Shown: positions 7,879 through 14,641 of the stretch, piece by piece
Layout: every line of letters begins with the position of its first letter
Position numbering within the stretch: the first letter of the stretch is position 1
DNA from: a virus
Taxonomy: Duplodnaviria > Caudoviricetes
IMG/VR virus record: IMGVR_UViG_3300037310_000072
Location: 1-31,238 of that record
Reading direction: 5' to 3' (one strand)
DNA length: 31,238 bases
Made by a program: the position numbers and the translations under genes
Notes under the pieces: model-generated
What the model was told of the DNA's origin: nothing
Seen by the model: only the letters and a program-made list of their open reading frames with translations
Database searches by the model: none

Positions 7879-10305
7879 TCACAGGTCGAGCGCGCGCGGC
7901 GCGCTGGTGGTGGTGGCGGTGGACTCGGCGGCGCTGGCGTTGCGTGCGCGGCCGACGGCCCATTGGCGGATGGCGGTGATGCGCTCGCTCGCGGTCTTGG
8001 CGAGCGGCACGGTGCGCTCGGCGGCCTGTTGCAGATCGGCCGTGAACACAGGGCGTGCGTCATCAGCGAACGCTGCGAACATCGCGTCAGGCACCAGGGC
8101 GGCCAGCTCGGCGCCGGTGAACTCGCGCGTGGCGGCGGCGATCGGCGCCAGGTCGATGCCCTCGGGGCCGATGCCGTGTGCGGTCAGCGCCGCGCGCAGG
8201 ATCGCCTCTCGCTCGGTCGCGTTGGGCAGATCGACAAAGAACACTTCGTCGAAGCGGCCCTTGCGCAGCAGCTCGGGCGGCAGCGCCGACACGTCGTTGG
8301 CGGTCGCCACCACGAACACGTCGCCCGCGCGGTCCTGCATCCACTGGAGCACGGCGCCGAGCGCGTCGGCGCTGGTGCCGCCGTCGGCGGCGCCCTGCGT
8401 GGCGCCGGCCAGGGCCTTCTCGATCTCGTCGAGCCACAGGACGCACGGGGCGACCGTCTCTGCCACCTTGAGCGCCTTGCGGATGTTGCCCTCGGACTCG
8501 CCGACCCACTTCGAGCGCAGCGCGCCCATGTCCAGGCGCAGCAGCGGCATGCCCCATGCGGTCGCCACGGCCTTCGCACTGAGCGACTTGCCGCAGTTGT
8601 GCACGATCGCGCCGCCGTTGACCACGAAATTGGGCAGCGGCTCGGCCATCGTGATGTCGAATGTCTGTCGAATGCCGATGGGCTCAATGCTGGCAACGAG
8701 CGCCGCTCGCGTGTACTGAGTCCCAAAGTTCGCGGCGGCATCAGCACCATGCAGGCGCGCGTGCTCATCGTGCGGAACGACAACGAGGTTGCCAGGGTCG
8801 TCGTTCATCGAGTCCTCATCGGCGTGGTGCACGTCGTACTCGGATGGCAGGTAGGCCAGCGTCGCGGCGCGCGCCTCATCTGACTTCAATGTCTCGATGA
8901 ACGACTCCAAATCCATGCCGTTCATTCGCGCCTCGATGACCAGCCGGGCGCGCGTGGTGCGCTGGTATTCGTACCGCTTGTCTCCGTCGATGACGACCTT
9001 GCGCCATGCGATCGGGTGGTAGCGCAATCCATCGATCACCACGCGCTTGCGGTGGGTGCGCGGCTGCCCGCTGGCCTGCGGCAGCATGCTCCCGCGCACC
9101 AGAATGCTCGAATGGCCTGCTTGCAGCTCCTGCGCTTGCGCCCATGTTCCATCGGCCAGCAGAATCGGATGGTCGCTCGTGCATTCGACTTCGCTGCCGC
9201 ATTCGGTGCGCACGCGCACGCAGGGTTTGTAGCCCGTTGGCATCACCGCCGTGACCTCGTTGTAAACCAGAGCGCCGGTCTGACTGTTCCAGGACTGGAG
9301 GTAAGTCGGCACGTCGGCCGTCCAGGGGCGGGAAGAACTCGCCTGCCCGTTGAACTTGGCGCAGAAAACCTCGATGGGCAGTGATCGCCCGGCTGCCGAT
9401 ACGCGCTTGCCGCGCAGGTACGCGACACGGGTGCCTGCCGCCAAGCACCCAGGCACGCCGACCAGCATCACCCCCTTGGGCGCCGGCAGGCCGTAGGCGC
9501 GCGCCTTGGCCGAGAACGCGGCGCGGCGCTGCATCAGCCAGCCCTTGAGCACTTCCAGCCCGCCGACGGCTGCCAGTCCTGCCGGGTGCGGGTCGAACCA
9601 CTCCAACACGCGCTCGCGCGAGATGACGCGGCGCTTCTCGCTGGCAACCGCGGCAGGATCGATCCGGCGCGCGGTGATGAGCGAGCGCGCGAAGGTGCTC
9701 TGCGCTTCCTCGGCGGTCAGGCCCACAGCGGCGTCGATCGCGGCATCGCGCGTGCCGTTGGGCGCCGCGCTGTCGCGCACGTCCTCGGGCAGCGCCCGCA
9801 CCGCGGCGTCGAGCAGCGCGGCGATCTCGGCGCGGTCGGGCAGCGGCAAGTCAACGACGATCGCATGCCCTTGCAGCTCGGGCGGCACTTCGGCGCTCGG
9901 CGTCACCACGATCATGGCGCGCGCTTGGTCGCGCGGCTTCGATGGCAGATCGCGGCACAGGGAGCGCACCGCGCGCACCACGGTCGGGTCGCGCAGCCAG
10001 GGCGGCAGATCGCGCAGCACGTAGACGCAGCGCTCTGTGCGGTCGCGGATGGCGGCCAGCGCCTGCGCCGGGTCGGTGCAGCGCGAGTCGATCGCCTGTC
10101 CGTCGCCGCGCGTCAGGCCGGTGGCGCAGTCCCACATCGCCACGTCGTAGACGGCCGAAGCGGTGGCCTCGATCAGCACGCGCTCGGCGCGGGCCTCCTC
10201 GCGTGTCACGAGCCAGATCAGCGGGTTGCGGGCGCGCAGCAGCGCGGCGATGTCGGCGGCGCACTTGGCGCCGGCCGCGGCGGTGGTGGCAGCAGCGGCG
10301 CTCAT
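7879..10305 (-). CDS. Ycf46-like AAA+ ATPase, intein-containing
   Basis: VGGLEVLKGWL, Walker A GVPG/CGKS split by the intein, SKWVGESE pore loop, Walker B VLWLDEIEK, ATAN...LPPELLRKGRFDE SRH; degenerate N-terminal AAA-like domain. Confidence 0.92.
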   Translation of the reverse strand: MSAAAATTAAAGAKCAADIAALLRARNPLIWLVTREEARAERVLIEATASAVYDVAMWDCATGLTRGDGQAIDSRCTDPAQALAAIRDRTERCVYVLRDLPPWLRDPTVVRAVRSLCRDLPSKPRDQARAMIVVTPSAEVPPELQGHAIVVDLPLPDRAEIAALLDAAVRALPEDVRDSAAPNGTRDAAIDAAVGLTAEEAQSTFARSLITARRIDPAAVASEKRRVISRERVLEWFDPHPAGLAAVGGLEVLKGWLMQRRAAFSAKARAYGLPAPKGVMLVGVPGCLAAGTRVAYLRGKRVSAAGRSLPIEVFCAKFNGQASSSRPWTADVPTYLQSWNSQTGALVYNEVTAVMPTGYKPCVRVRTECGSEVECTSDHPILLADGTWAQAQELQAGHSSILVRGSMLPQASGQPRTHRKRVVIDGLRYHPIAWRKVVIDGDKRYEYQRTTRARLVIEARMNGMDLESFIETLKSDEARAATLAYLPSEYDVHHADEDSMNDDPGNLVVVPHDEHARLHGADAAANFGTQYTRAALVASIEPIGIRQTFDITMAEPLPNFVVNGGAIVHNCGKSLSAKAVATAWGMPLLRLDMGALRSKWVGESEGNIRKALKVAETVAPCVLWLDEIEKALAGATQGAADGGTSADALGAVLQWMQDRAGDVFVVATANDVSALPPELLRKGRFDEVFFVDLPNATEREAILRAALTAHGIGPEGIDLAPIAAATREFTGAELAALVPDAMFAAFADDARPVFTADLQQAAERTVPLAKTASERITAIRQWAVGRARNASAAESTATTTSAPRALDL
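8596..9447 (-). mobile_element. Intein (284 aa) with HNH endonuclease domain
   Basis: Starts CLAAGT, block B ECTSDHPI, block F FDITM...NFVVNG, ends VHN followed by Cys+1. Internal DVHHADEDSMNDDPGNLVVVPHDEHARLH. Confidence 0.93.
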
Positions 10306-10448
10306 GCGAACCTCCGCACGATCCAGGTCGCCACGGCGCCCAGCAAGACCGCGGCCAGCGCCACCAGCAGCGGGTCGAACGGCAGCGCGTGCGCGCCGGC
10401 CGCATGGAACCGCGCCGCGTGAGCCAGCACCAGGAATTTCGTCGTCAT
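10302..10448 (-). CDS. 48-aa membrane peptide, first gene of the left arm
   Basis: Not in ORF track. MTTKFLVLAHAARFHAAGAHALPFDPLLVALAAVLLGAVATWIVRRFA*; AAGGTGG RBS; stop overlaps the ATPase ATG. Confidence 0.65.
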   Translation of the reverse strand: MTTKFLVLAHAARFHAAGAHALPFDPLLVALAAVLLGAVATWIVRRFA

Positions 10449-10602
10449 CGTGTCCACCTTTTCCGAGGGGCGGTGTGCCCCTCTACAGGTCAGCCGAACA
10501 TACGGCCATGACAGGATTCAACCATGGTTCGCGGCTGTTCGTCAACTACAGTTTCGACCCCAGTTGCGCCGCGCTCGGGAACTGTGGTTGAATACCACTC
10601 CC
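10449..10602. promoter_or_regulatory. Divergent control region with three AAC-N4-GTT operator-like sites
   Basis: AACCATGGTT 10520-10529, AACTACAGTT 10544-10553, AACTGTGGTT 10580-10589; partial GACCCCAGTT 10556-10565. Point of divergence of the two arms. Confidence 0.7.
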
Positions 10603-10797
10603 ATGACCAAGAACGAGGCCATCGGCCTGCTGGGCGGCACCATCAACGCGGCGGCCGAGGCCATCGGCATCACGTACCAGGCGGTGAACAAGTGGCCAGA
10701 CGTGCTGCCGCAGCGGATCGCCGATCGGGTGCAGGCGGCGCTGTGGCGCAAGGCGAACTCGCCGCTGCCGCCAAAGAAGGAGCGCACGGCAGCATGA
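10603..10797 (+). CDS. Cro-like HTH regulator
   Basis: MTKNEAIGLLGGTINAAAEAIGITYQAVNKWPDVLP; no obvious SD (possibly leaderless). Confidence 0.88.
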   Translation: MTKNEAIGLLGGTINAAAEAIGITYQAVNKWPDVLPQRIADRVQAALWRKANSPLPPKKERTAA

Positions 10798-11117
10798 GCA
10801 TTTGCGCCTACTGCGAGCAAGTCATCCCCGCGCGGCCAGGCGAAGGCCCGGCGCGGCGCGCCAAGCGAAAGTGCTGCTCGCGCGCCTGTGGTGCCGCGTG
10901 GGCGCGCTATCGGCTGATGAGCGCCCCGCAACACGTCGATGCGCGCGAACGCTTGGCGGCGCTGTGCTCCAAGGTGCCGCCCTCGGTGCGCGACGGCGGC
11001 GTCATGAAGACGCGCGCGTGGGTCGCTGCCGTGCAGGCTTGCAGCGGCGCTCTCAGGCGCGGATCGGCGGAGACGTGCGAGCGGCTGGCCGAGATGGTGC
11101 GGGAGGCGGCGCGATGA
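10794..11117 (+). CDS. Zinc-finger hypothetical protein
   Basis: CAYC...KCCSRAC; ATGA overlaps; AAGGAG RBS. Confidence 0.7.
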   Translation: MSICAYCEQVIPARPGEGPARRAKRKCCSRACGAAWARYRLMSAPQHVDARERLAALCSKVPPSVRDGGVMKTRAWVAAVQACSGALRRGSAETCERLAEMVREAAR

Positions 11118-11302
11118 CCCAACACCGCCGCGGCCACGCCAACACCTACAAGCCAACGCACGATCGGGGCGTGATCGCTCCGTCGCTGGGCAAGACCTAC
11201 CTCTGCGGCCGGTGCAACACGCCGAAAGAGACGCTGCTCGGTCGCTGGAAGCATCCGGTGCTCGGGTGGTGCTGCGGGGCGTGCAAGGACGCGGCGCGAT
11301 GA
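11114..11302 (+). CDS. Small zinc-ribbon protein
   Basis: CGRC...CGAC; GGAGG RBS; ATGA overlap. Confidence 0.65.
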   Translation: MTQHRRGHANTYKPTHDRGVIAPSLGKTYLCGRCNTPKETLLGRWKHPVLGWCCGACKDAAR

Positions 11303-11343
11303 GCGACAAGACCTTGATCTCCTTCTGGCGCACCCAGCCATGA
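11299..11343 (+). CDS. 14-aa bridging mini-ORF (MSDKTLISFWRTQP)
   Basis: ATGA overlaps with both the upstream stop and the initiator start. Confidence 0.45.
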   Translation: MSDKTLISFWRTQP

Positions 11344-12404
11344 GCACCTCACAGCCGTTGCCTGATCCGATGGTCCCTGCCGAGGTCGATCTGCGCGGGC
11401 TTGAGTACATGCCGCTGTTGGGCGCCAAGCTGTTCGCGAGCGACTTCGACCTGGAGGCCACGGACGCCGAATTCCGGCGCGGCCTGCGCCTGTGGTGGGC
11501 CGCCTGGAACCAGGTGCCGGCCGGCAGCCTGCCCGCTTCGGAGCGCGCCCAGGCCAAGCTCGCAGGCTTTGAGGACGAGACGAGCGCGAGCTGGAAGCGG
11601 GTCAAGCGGCGCGCGCTCGACGGCTTCTTGCTGTGCTCGGACGGCCGGCTGTACCATCCCGTGATCGCCAGCCAGGCCGTGATCGCGTGGGAGAAGCGGC
11701 AAGAGGACCGCGACAGGCGCGCCAACGAGGCCGATCGGCAGCGGCACGTCAGGGCGCAGAGGAGGGAGCTGTTCGAGCAATTGAGGCAGGCCGGGATCAG
11801 GCCAAAGTACGACACGCCGCTGAGCGAGCTGCGGGAACTGGTGGCCCAGCATGCATCGCAACCTGTCACGCCACCTGTCACTGTGACAGCACCTGTGACC
11901 GTCACACCACCAGTCACAGAACCAGTCGCGCAGACAGTACCCGTGACCGTTACGCAGACAGACACGGCTAAGACGGGACGAGACGGGAATGGAATACAAC
12001 AGCCAATACAGGGTAAGCCCGCGCCTTATCAGCACTTACCCTTGGATGCCGAGGCCCAGGCGGGCGCTTTCGACCCCAACCCGGGGCCGATTCCAACCCC
12101 GGCAGGGCAGGCTTGTCGAGCCATGCGGGCCGTCGGAATCACGGCGGTCAACCCGTCCCACCCGGCGCTGATCGCGCTGCTGGAAGCCGGAGCCACCGTG
12201 CCAGAGTTCATCGCCGCAGCGCAGTCTGCGAGGGACAAGCGCGACCCATTCGCCTACGTCCTGGCGACGGTCGCGGGGCAGCGCAAGGACGCTGCGGCGA
12301 TGGCTGCGACGGTGCATCGCGGACCCCTGCCGAACCGTCAGGAGGCCATCGAACGGCGCAACATGGACATCGCGGAGCGATGGGCCGAAGGAGCTGATCC
12401 GTGA
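11340..12404 (+). CDS. Phage replication initiator, DUF1376/YdaU-like (lambda O analogue)
   Basis: DLRGLEYMPL...LWWAAWNQVPAGSLP...LCSDGRLYHPVI; central PVT-repeat linker; position after the cro-like gene. Confidence 0.8.
   Translation: MSTSQPLPDPMVPAEVDLRGLEYMPLLGAKLFASDFDLEATDAEFRRGLRLWWAAWNQVPAGSLPASERAQAKLAGFEDETSASWKRVKRRALDGFLLCSDGRLYHPVIASQAVIAWEKRQEDRDRRANEADRQRHVRAQRRELFEQLRQAGIRPKYDTPLSELRELVAQHASQPVTPPVTVTAPVTVTPPVTEPVAQTVPVTVTQTDTAKTGRDGNGIQQPIQGKPAPYQHLPLDAEAQAGAFDPNPGPIPTPAGQACRAMRAVGITAVNPSHPALIALLEAGATVPEFIAAAQSARDKRDPFAYVLATVAGQRKDAAAMAATVHRGPLPNRQEAIERRNMDIAERWAEGADP
11861..11953. repeat. GTCAC/GTGAC repeat cluster, putative iteron origin
   Basis: Multiple direct and inverted GTCAC copies including palindrome CTGTCAC-T-GTGACAG 11875-11889, followed by an A-richer stretch. 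Confidence 0.6.
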
Positions 12405-12431
12405 CACCACAGCTGCCGGCATGAGGCAAGC

Positions 12432-12496
12432 GCCTAACGCCGGAATTGAGGGGCGAGGCCCGCAGGGCCGAGTCCCTCTCGAATGACCTGTTCGGC
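12432..12496 (-). repeat. attC-like site 1
   Basis: + strand GCCTAAC-GCCGGA-ATTGAGGGG...CCCTCTCGAAT-GACCT-GTTCGGC; 6/5-nt spacers; unpaired base in TCGAA. Confidence 0.8.
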
Positions 12497-12524
12497 TTGG
12501 TGCCGGAGCGAAAGGAACGATGGA

Positions 12525-12968
12525 ATGCTTGCACTGAGTATTCGCCAGCCCTGGGCAAGCCTGATCTTGAAGGGTGGCAAGGACATCGAGAACCGCGACT
12601 GGCCCACAAAGTACCGCGGGCGCATCCTGATCCACGCGGCCAAGGGCATGACCCGCGCCGAGCACGAGGACGCGATTCACTTCGCGGTGCAGGCGATCCA
12701 GGCCGACCCGCGCAACAAGGATGCGAACAGGCGCACCACGCTGCGCGACCTGGGCTTCGACTTCGACGCTCTGCCGCGCGGCGGCATCGTGGGCAGCGTG
12801 GAGATCACCGCATGCGTGGCCGACAGCGCGTCGCCGTGGTTCGTGGGCAAGTACGGCTTCATGCTGCGCGACCCGAAGCCGCTGCCGTTCACGCCGTGGA
12901 AGGGGCAACTCGGCTTCTTCGACGTGCCTGAGGCGGCCCTGACGCAGCCTGCCGAGCTGGCCGCGTGA
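12525..12968 (+). CDS. ASCH domain protein
   Basis: ALSIRQPWASLILKGGKDIENRDWPTKYRGRILIHA...GGIVGSV...KGQLGFF. Confidence 0.92.
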   Translation: MLALSIRQPWASLILKGGKDIENRDWPTKYRGRILIHAAKGMTRAEHEDAIHFAVQAIQADPRNKDANRRTTLRDLGFDFDALPRGGIVGSVEITACVADSASPWFVGKYGFMLRDPKPLPFTPWKGQLGFFDVPEAALTQPAELAA

Positions 12969-12969
12969 A

Positions 12970-12996
12970 GCCGAACGCTGCCGGTAACCGGCCGCC
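12970..12996 (-). repeat. attC-like half site 2 (partner arm missing)
   Basis: GCCGAAC-GCTGCC-GGTAACCGGCCGCC just after the ASCH stop; no matching arm seen before 13395. Confidence 0.55.
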
Positions 12997-13090
12997 GTCA
13001 GGCGGGACCCCTCAGCGACGGGACAAACCAACTTTGTGAGAAGCACTACACCAGCCAAGAGAACGGCCTGCTGCGCGACTGGGGCACGGC

Positions 13091-13222
13091 GTGAGCAATA
13101 CGCAGGCGCTGAGCGAGATCGGCGCTGCGGCGTCGGAATACGTGCACAGCGGGCAAGCCCTGCGGGTGCGCGAGATGACGACCGAGGAAGCGCACCACAT
13201 CGGCTTCGCGCCTGCGACATGA
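13091..13222 (+). CDS. 43-aa hypothetical protein
   Basis: Not in ORF track. MSNTQALSEIGAAASEYVHSGQALRVREMTTEEAHHIGFAPAT; ATGA overlap with the next ORF. Confidence 0.4.
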   Translation: MSNTQALSEIGAAASEYVHSGQALRVREMTTEEAHHIGFAPAT

Positions 13223-13446
13223 TGGAGACCGAGCGCCATCCCACACCCGCGCGCTGGCACGCGCCGCACCCGCAGCAGCCGACGCGCCCGCTGTGCGGCA
13301 CCGTTGGGGAAGACGGCAACCCTACGCACCGAGTTGCGAAGCAGATCGCAGTGACGTGCAGGCGCTGCCTGCGGATGTTGGAGCGCAACAAGACGCCTAA
13401 CGCCGCAGTTGAGCGGCCGGAACGGTCCGCTCGAACTGCCTGTTAG
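13219..13446 (+). CDS. Small zinc-binding protein reading through attC-like site 3
   Basis: WH...PLCG...VTCRRC; stop is the TAG within GTTAGGC. Alternative start at GTG 13036. Confidence 0.55.
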   Translation: MMETERHPTPARWHAPHPQQPTRPLCGTVGEDGNPTHRVAKQIAVTCRRCLRMLERNKTPNAAVERPERSARTAC

Positions 13447-13448
13447 GC
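13395..13448 (-). repeat. attC-like site 3
   Basis: - strand GCCTAAC-AGGCA-GTTCGAGCGGACCG-TTC-CGGCCGCTCAAC-TGCGGC-GTTAGGC: R''/L''/L'/R' layout with two unpaired bases. Confidence 0.9.
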
Positions 13449-13473
13449 CCAACGGTGAACGGAGGCACAGACG

Positions 13474-13623
13474 ATGGCATGCCCAAAGTGCGGTTGCAAG
13501 ACCGTGTACCAGTTCGATGACGAGGACGACCCGCAGGACGACCGGCTGCAACGCTGCGCAGCCTGCGGAGAAGTGTTCGACCTTGACGACCACGCGGAGG
13601 AAGACGATGACGACATGCCCTGA
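13474..13623 (+). CDS. 49-aa acidic zinc-ribbon protein
   Basis: Not in ORF track. MACPKCGCKTVYQFDDEDDPQDDRLQRCAACGEVFDLDDHAEEDDDDMP; GGAGG RBS. Confidence 0.7.
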   Translation: MACPKCGCKTVYQFDDEDDPQDDRLQRCAACGEVFDLDDHAEEDDDDMP

Positions 13624-14038
13624 GTGCAACGACACCGGAGAACGCGACAGCGGAGGAATGCACCCTTGGGGAGAGCCCGTGTACCTACCGTGCGACTGCA
13701 AGGATGCCGAAATAGGCCGACGCTGGCGCGAGGACAACAGCCTGCATAAGTGGTTTCCGATAACCGCTGAGCGGCTGGCGGCGCTGGAGGCCAAGAATGC
13801 AGAGTTGACGCGAGAGGCGCACGAATGGTGGACGGCCTGCGCTGACGCGACGAAGACGCAGGAAGAACTGGCGATGATGGTGCGAATGCTGACCAGCAGC
13901 CTGAAGCGGCATTGGCCGCACGCGCCACAGCCTGGCGACTTGCCAAGCCGCGCGATGGATCTGCTGCGCAGGCACAACCTGATGGGTTCGCCGCTGCGCG
14001 ATGAGAGCAACAACCTTGGCCCGCAACAAGGGGCCTAA
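13607..14038 (+). CDS. Hypothetical protein with N-terminal CxxC...CxC and coiled coil
   Basis: GGAGGA RBS; stop TAA lies within the CCTAAC core of site 4. Confidence 0.7.
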   Translation: MTTCPECNDTGERDSGGMHPWGEPVYLPCDCKDAEIGRRWREDNSLHKWFPITAERLAALEAKNAELTREAHEWWTACADATKTQEELAMMVRMLTSSLKRHWPHAPQPGDLPSRAMDLLRRHNLMGSPLRDESNNLGPQQGA

Positions 14039-14101
14039 CGTTCCGGTTGAGGCGGGGCCGACGGTACTCCGTTGGACCTCGCCTCGAACCGGGGGTTAGG
14101 G
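14033..14101 (-). repeat. attC-like site 4
   Basis: + strand GCCTAAC-GTTCCG-GTTGAGGCGGGGCCGACGG-TACT-CCGTTGGACCTCGCCTCGAAC-CGGGG-GTTAGGG. Confidence 0.88.
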
Positions 14102-14147
14102 CGCTGGTGCCGAAGCGTGACCATGTTTGCGTGTTACAAAATAGTTG

Positions 14148-14175
14148 TTGACGCCGGCGGTTGCTGTGCTACAGT
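14148..14175 (+). promoter_or_regulatory. Sigma70-like promoter inside cassette
   Basis: TTGACG-16 nt-TACAGT with TG extension, in an AT-richer patch. Confidence 0.6.
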
Positions 14176-14205
14176 AACTACATCAACAACGCACCGGAGA
14201 ACAGC

Positions 14206-14334
14206 ATGCTCTACGAACACATCGCCACCTACACCACCCAAACCGAGGCGGATATCTTTGTCCGTTGCTGCCCAAAACTTTCCACCTCATACCGGGTTGG
14301 CCCCGGCCAATACCAAGTGTGGGTGGCACTCTAG
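14206..14334 (+). CDS. 42-aa hypothetical protein
   Basis: Not in ORF track. MLYEHIATYTTQTEADIFVRCCPKLSTSYRVGPGQYQVWVAL; GGAG RBS, downstream of the promoter. Confidence 0.55.
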   Translation: MLYEHIATYTTQTEADIFVRCCPKLSTSYRVGPGQYQVWVAL

Positions 14335-14340
14335 CCACCC

Positions 14341-14358
14341 GGCCCGAAAGGGCCTTGT
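14341..14358 (+). terminator. GNRA hairpin, weak terminator-like
   Basis: GGCCC-GAAA-GGGCC-TTGT right after the stop. Confidence 0.4.
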
Positions 14359-14452
14359 ATCGGGTTCGATCGGTGCGCGTTATCGAATGGGTTGAACGGC
14401 TCCGGCTGGCCCAAGCACCCCGGACAACGTAACCGGGACTTTTGGAGACGCA

Positions 14453-14641
14453 ATGAGCAGCAACGACAAGAACAAAGGCGGGCGCCCGCCAGCACCGCCA
14501 GGCCAGCGCCGGGTAAATGTGCCGCTGCGCCTGCCGGAATGGCTTGTGCAGTGGATGGCAGAGCAGGCCGAGACGCCTGCGGAATTGATCGAAGCCGCAT
14601 TGCTGAAGGCGCACAAGCTGCGCCCGCCTCGTGCGCCCTAA
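14453..14641 (+). CDS. Ribbon-helix-helix DNA-binding protein (BrnA/CopG-like)
   Basis: GGRPP...RRVNVPLRLPEWLVQWM...AELIEAALL; GGAG RBS; stop lies within CCTAAC. Confidence 0.7.
   Translation: MSSNDKNKGGRPPAPPGQRRVNVPLRLPEWLVQWMAEQAETPAELIEAALLKAHKLRPPRAP

Noticed and set aside
12432-14101. Palindromes as a CRISPR array, REP elements or simple terminators
   Set aside because: Spacing is gene-sized, sequences differ except at the core boxes, there are no U-tracts or cas genes, and the asymmetric unpaired bases fit attC.
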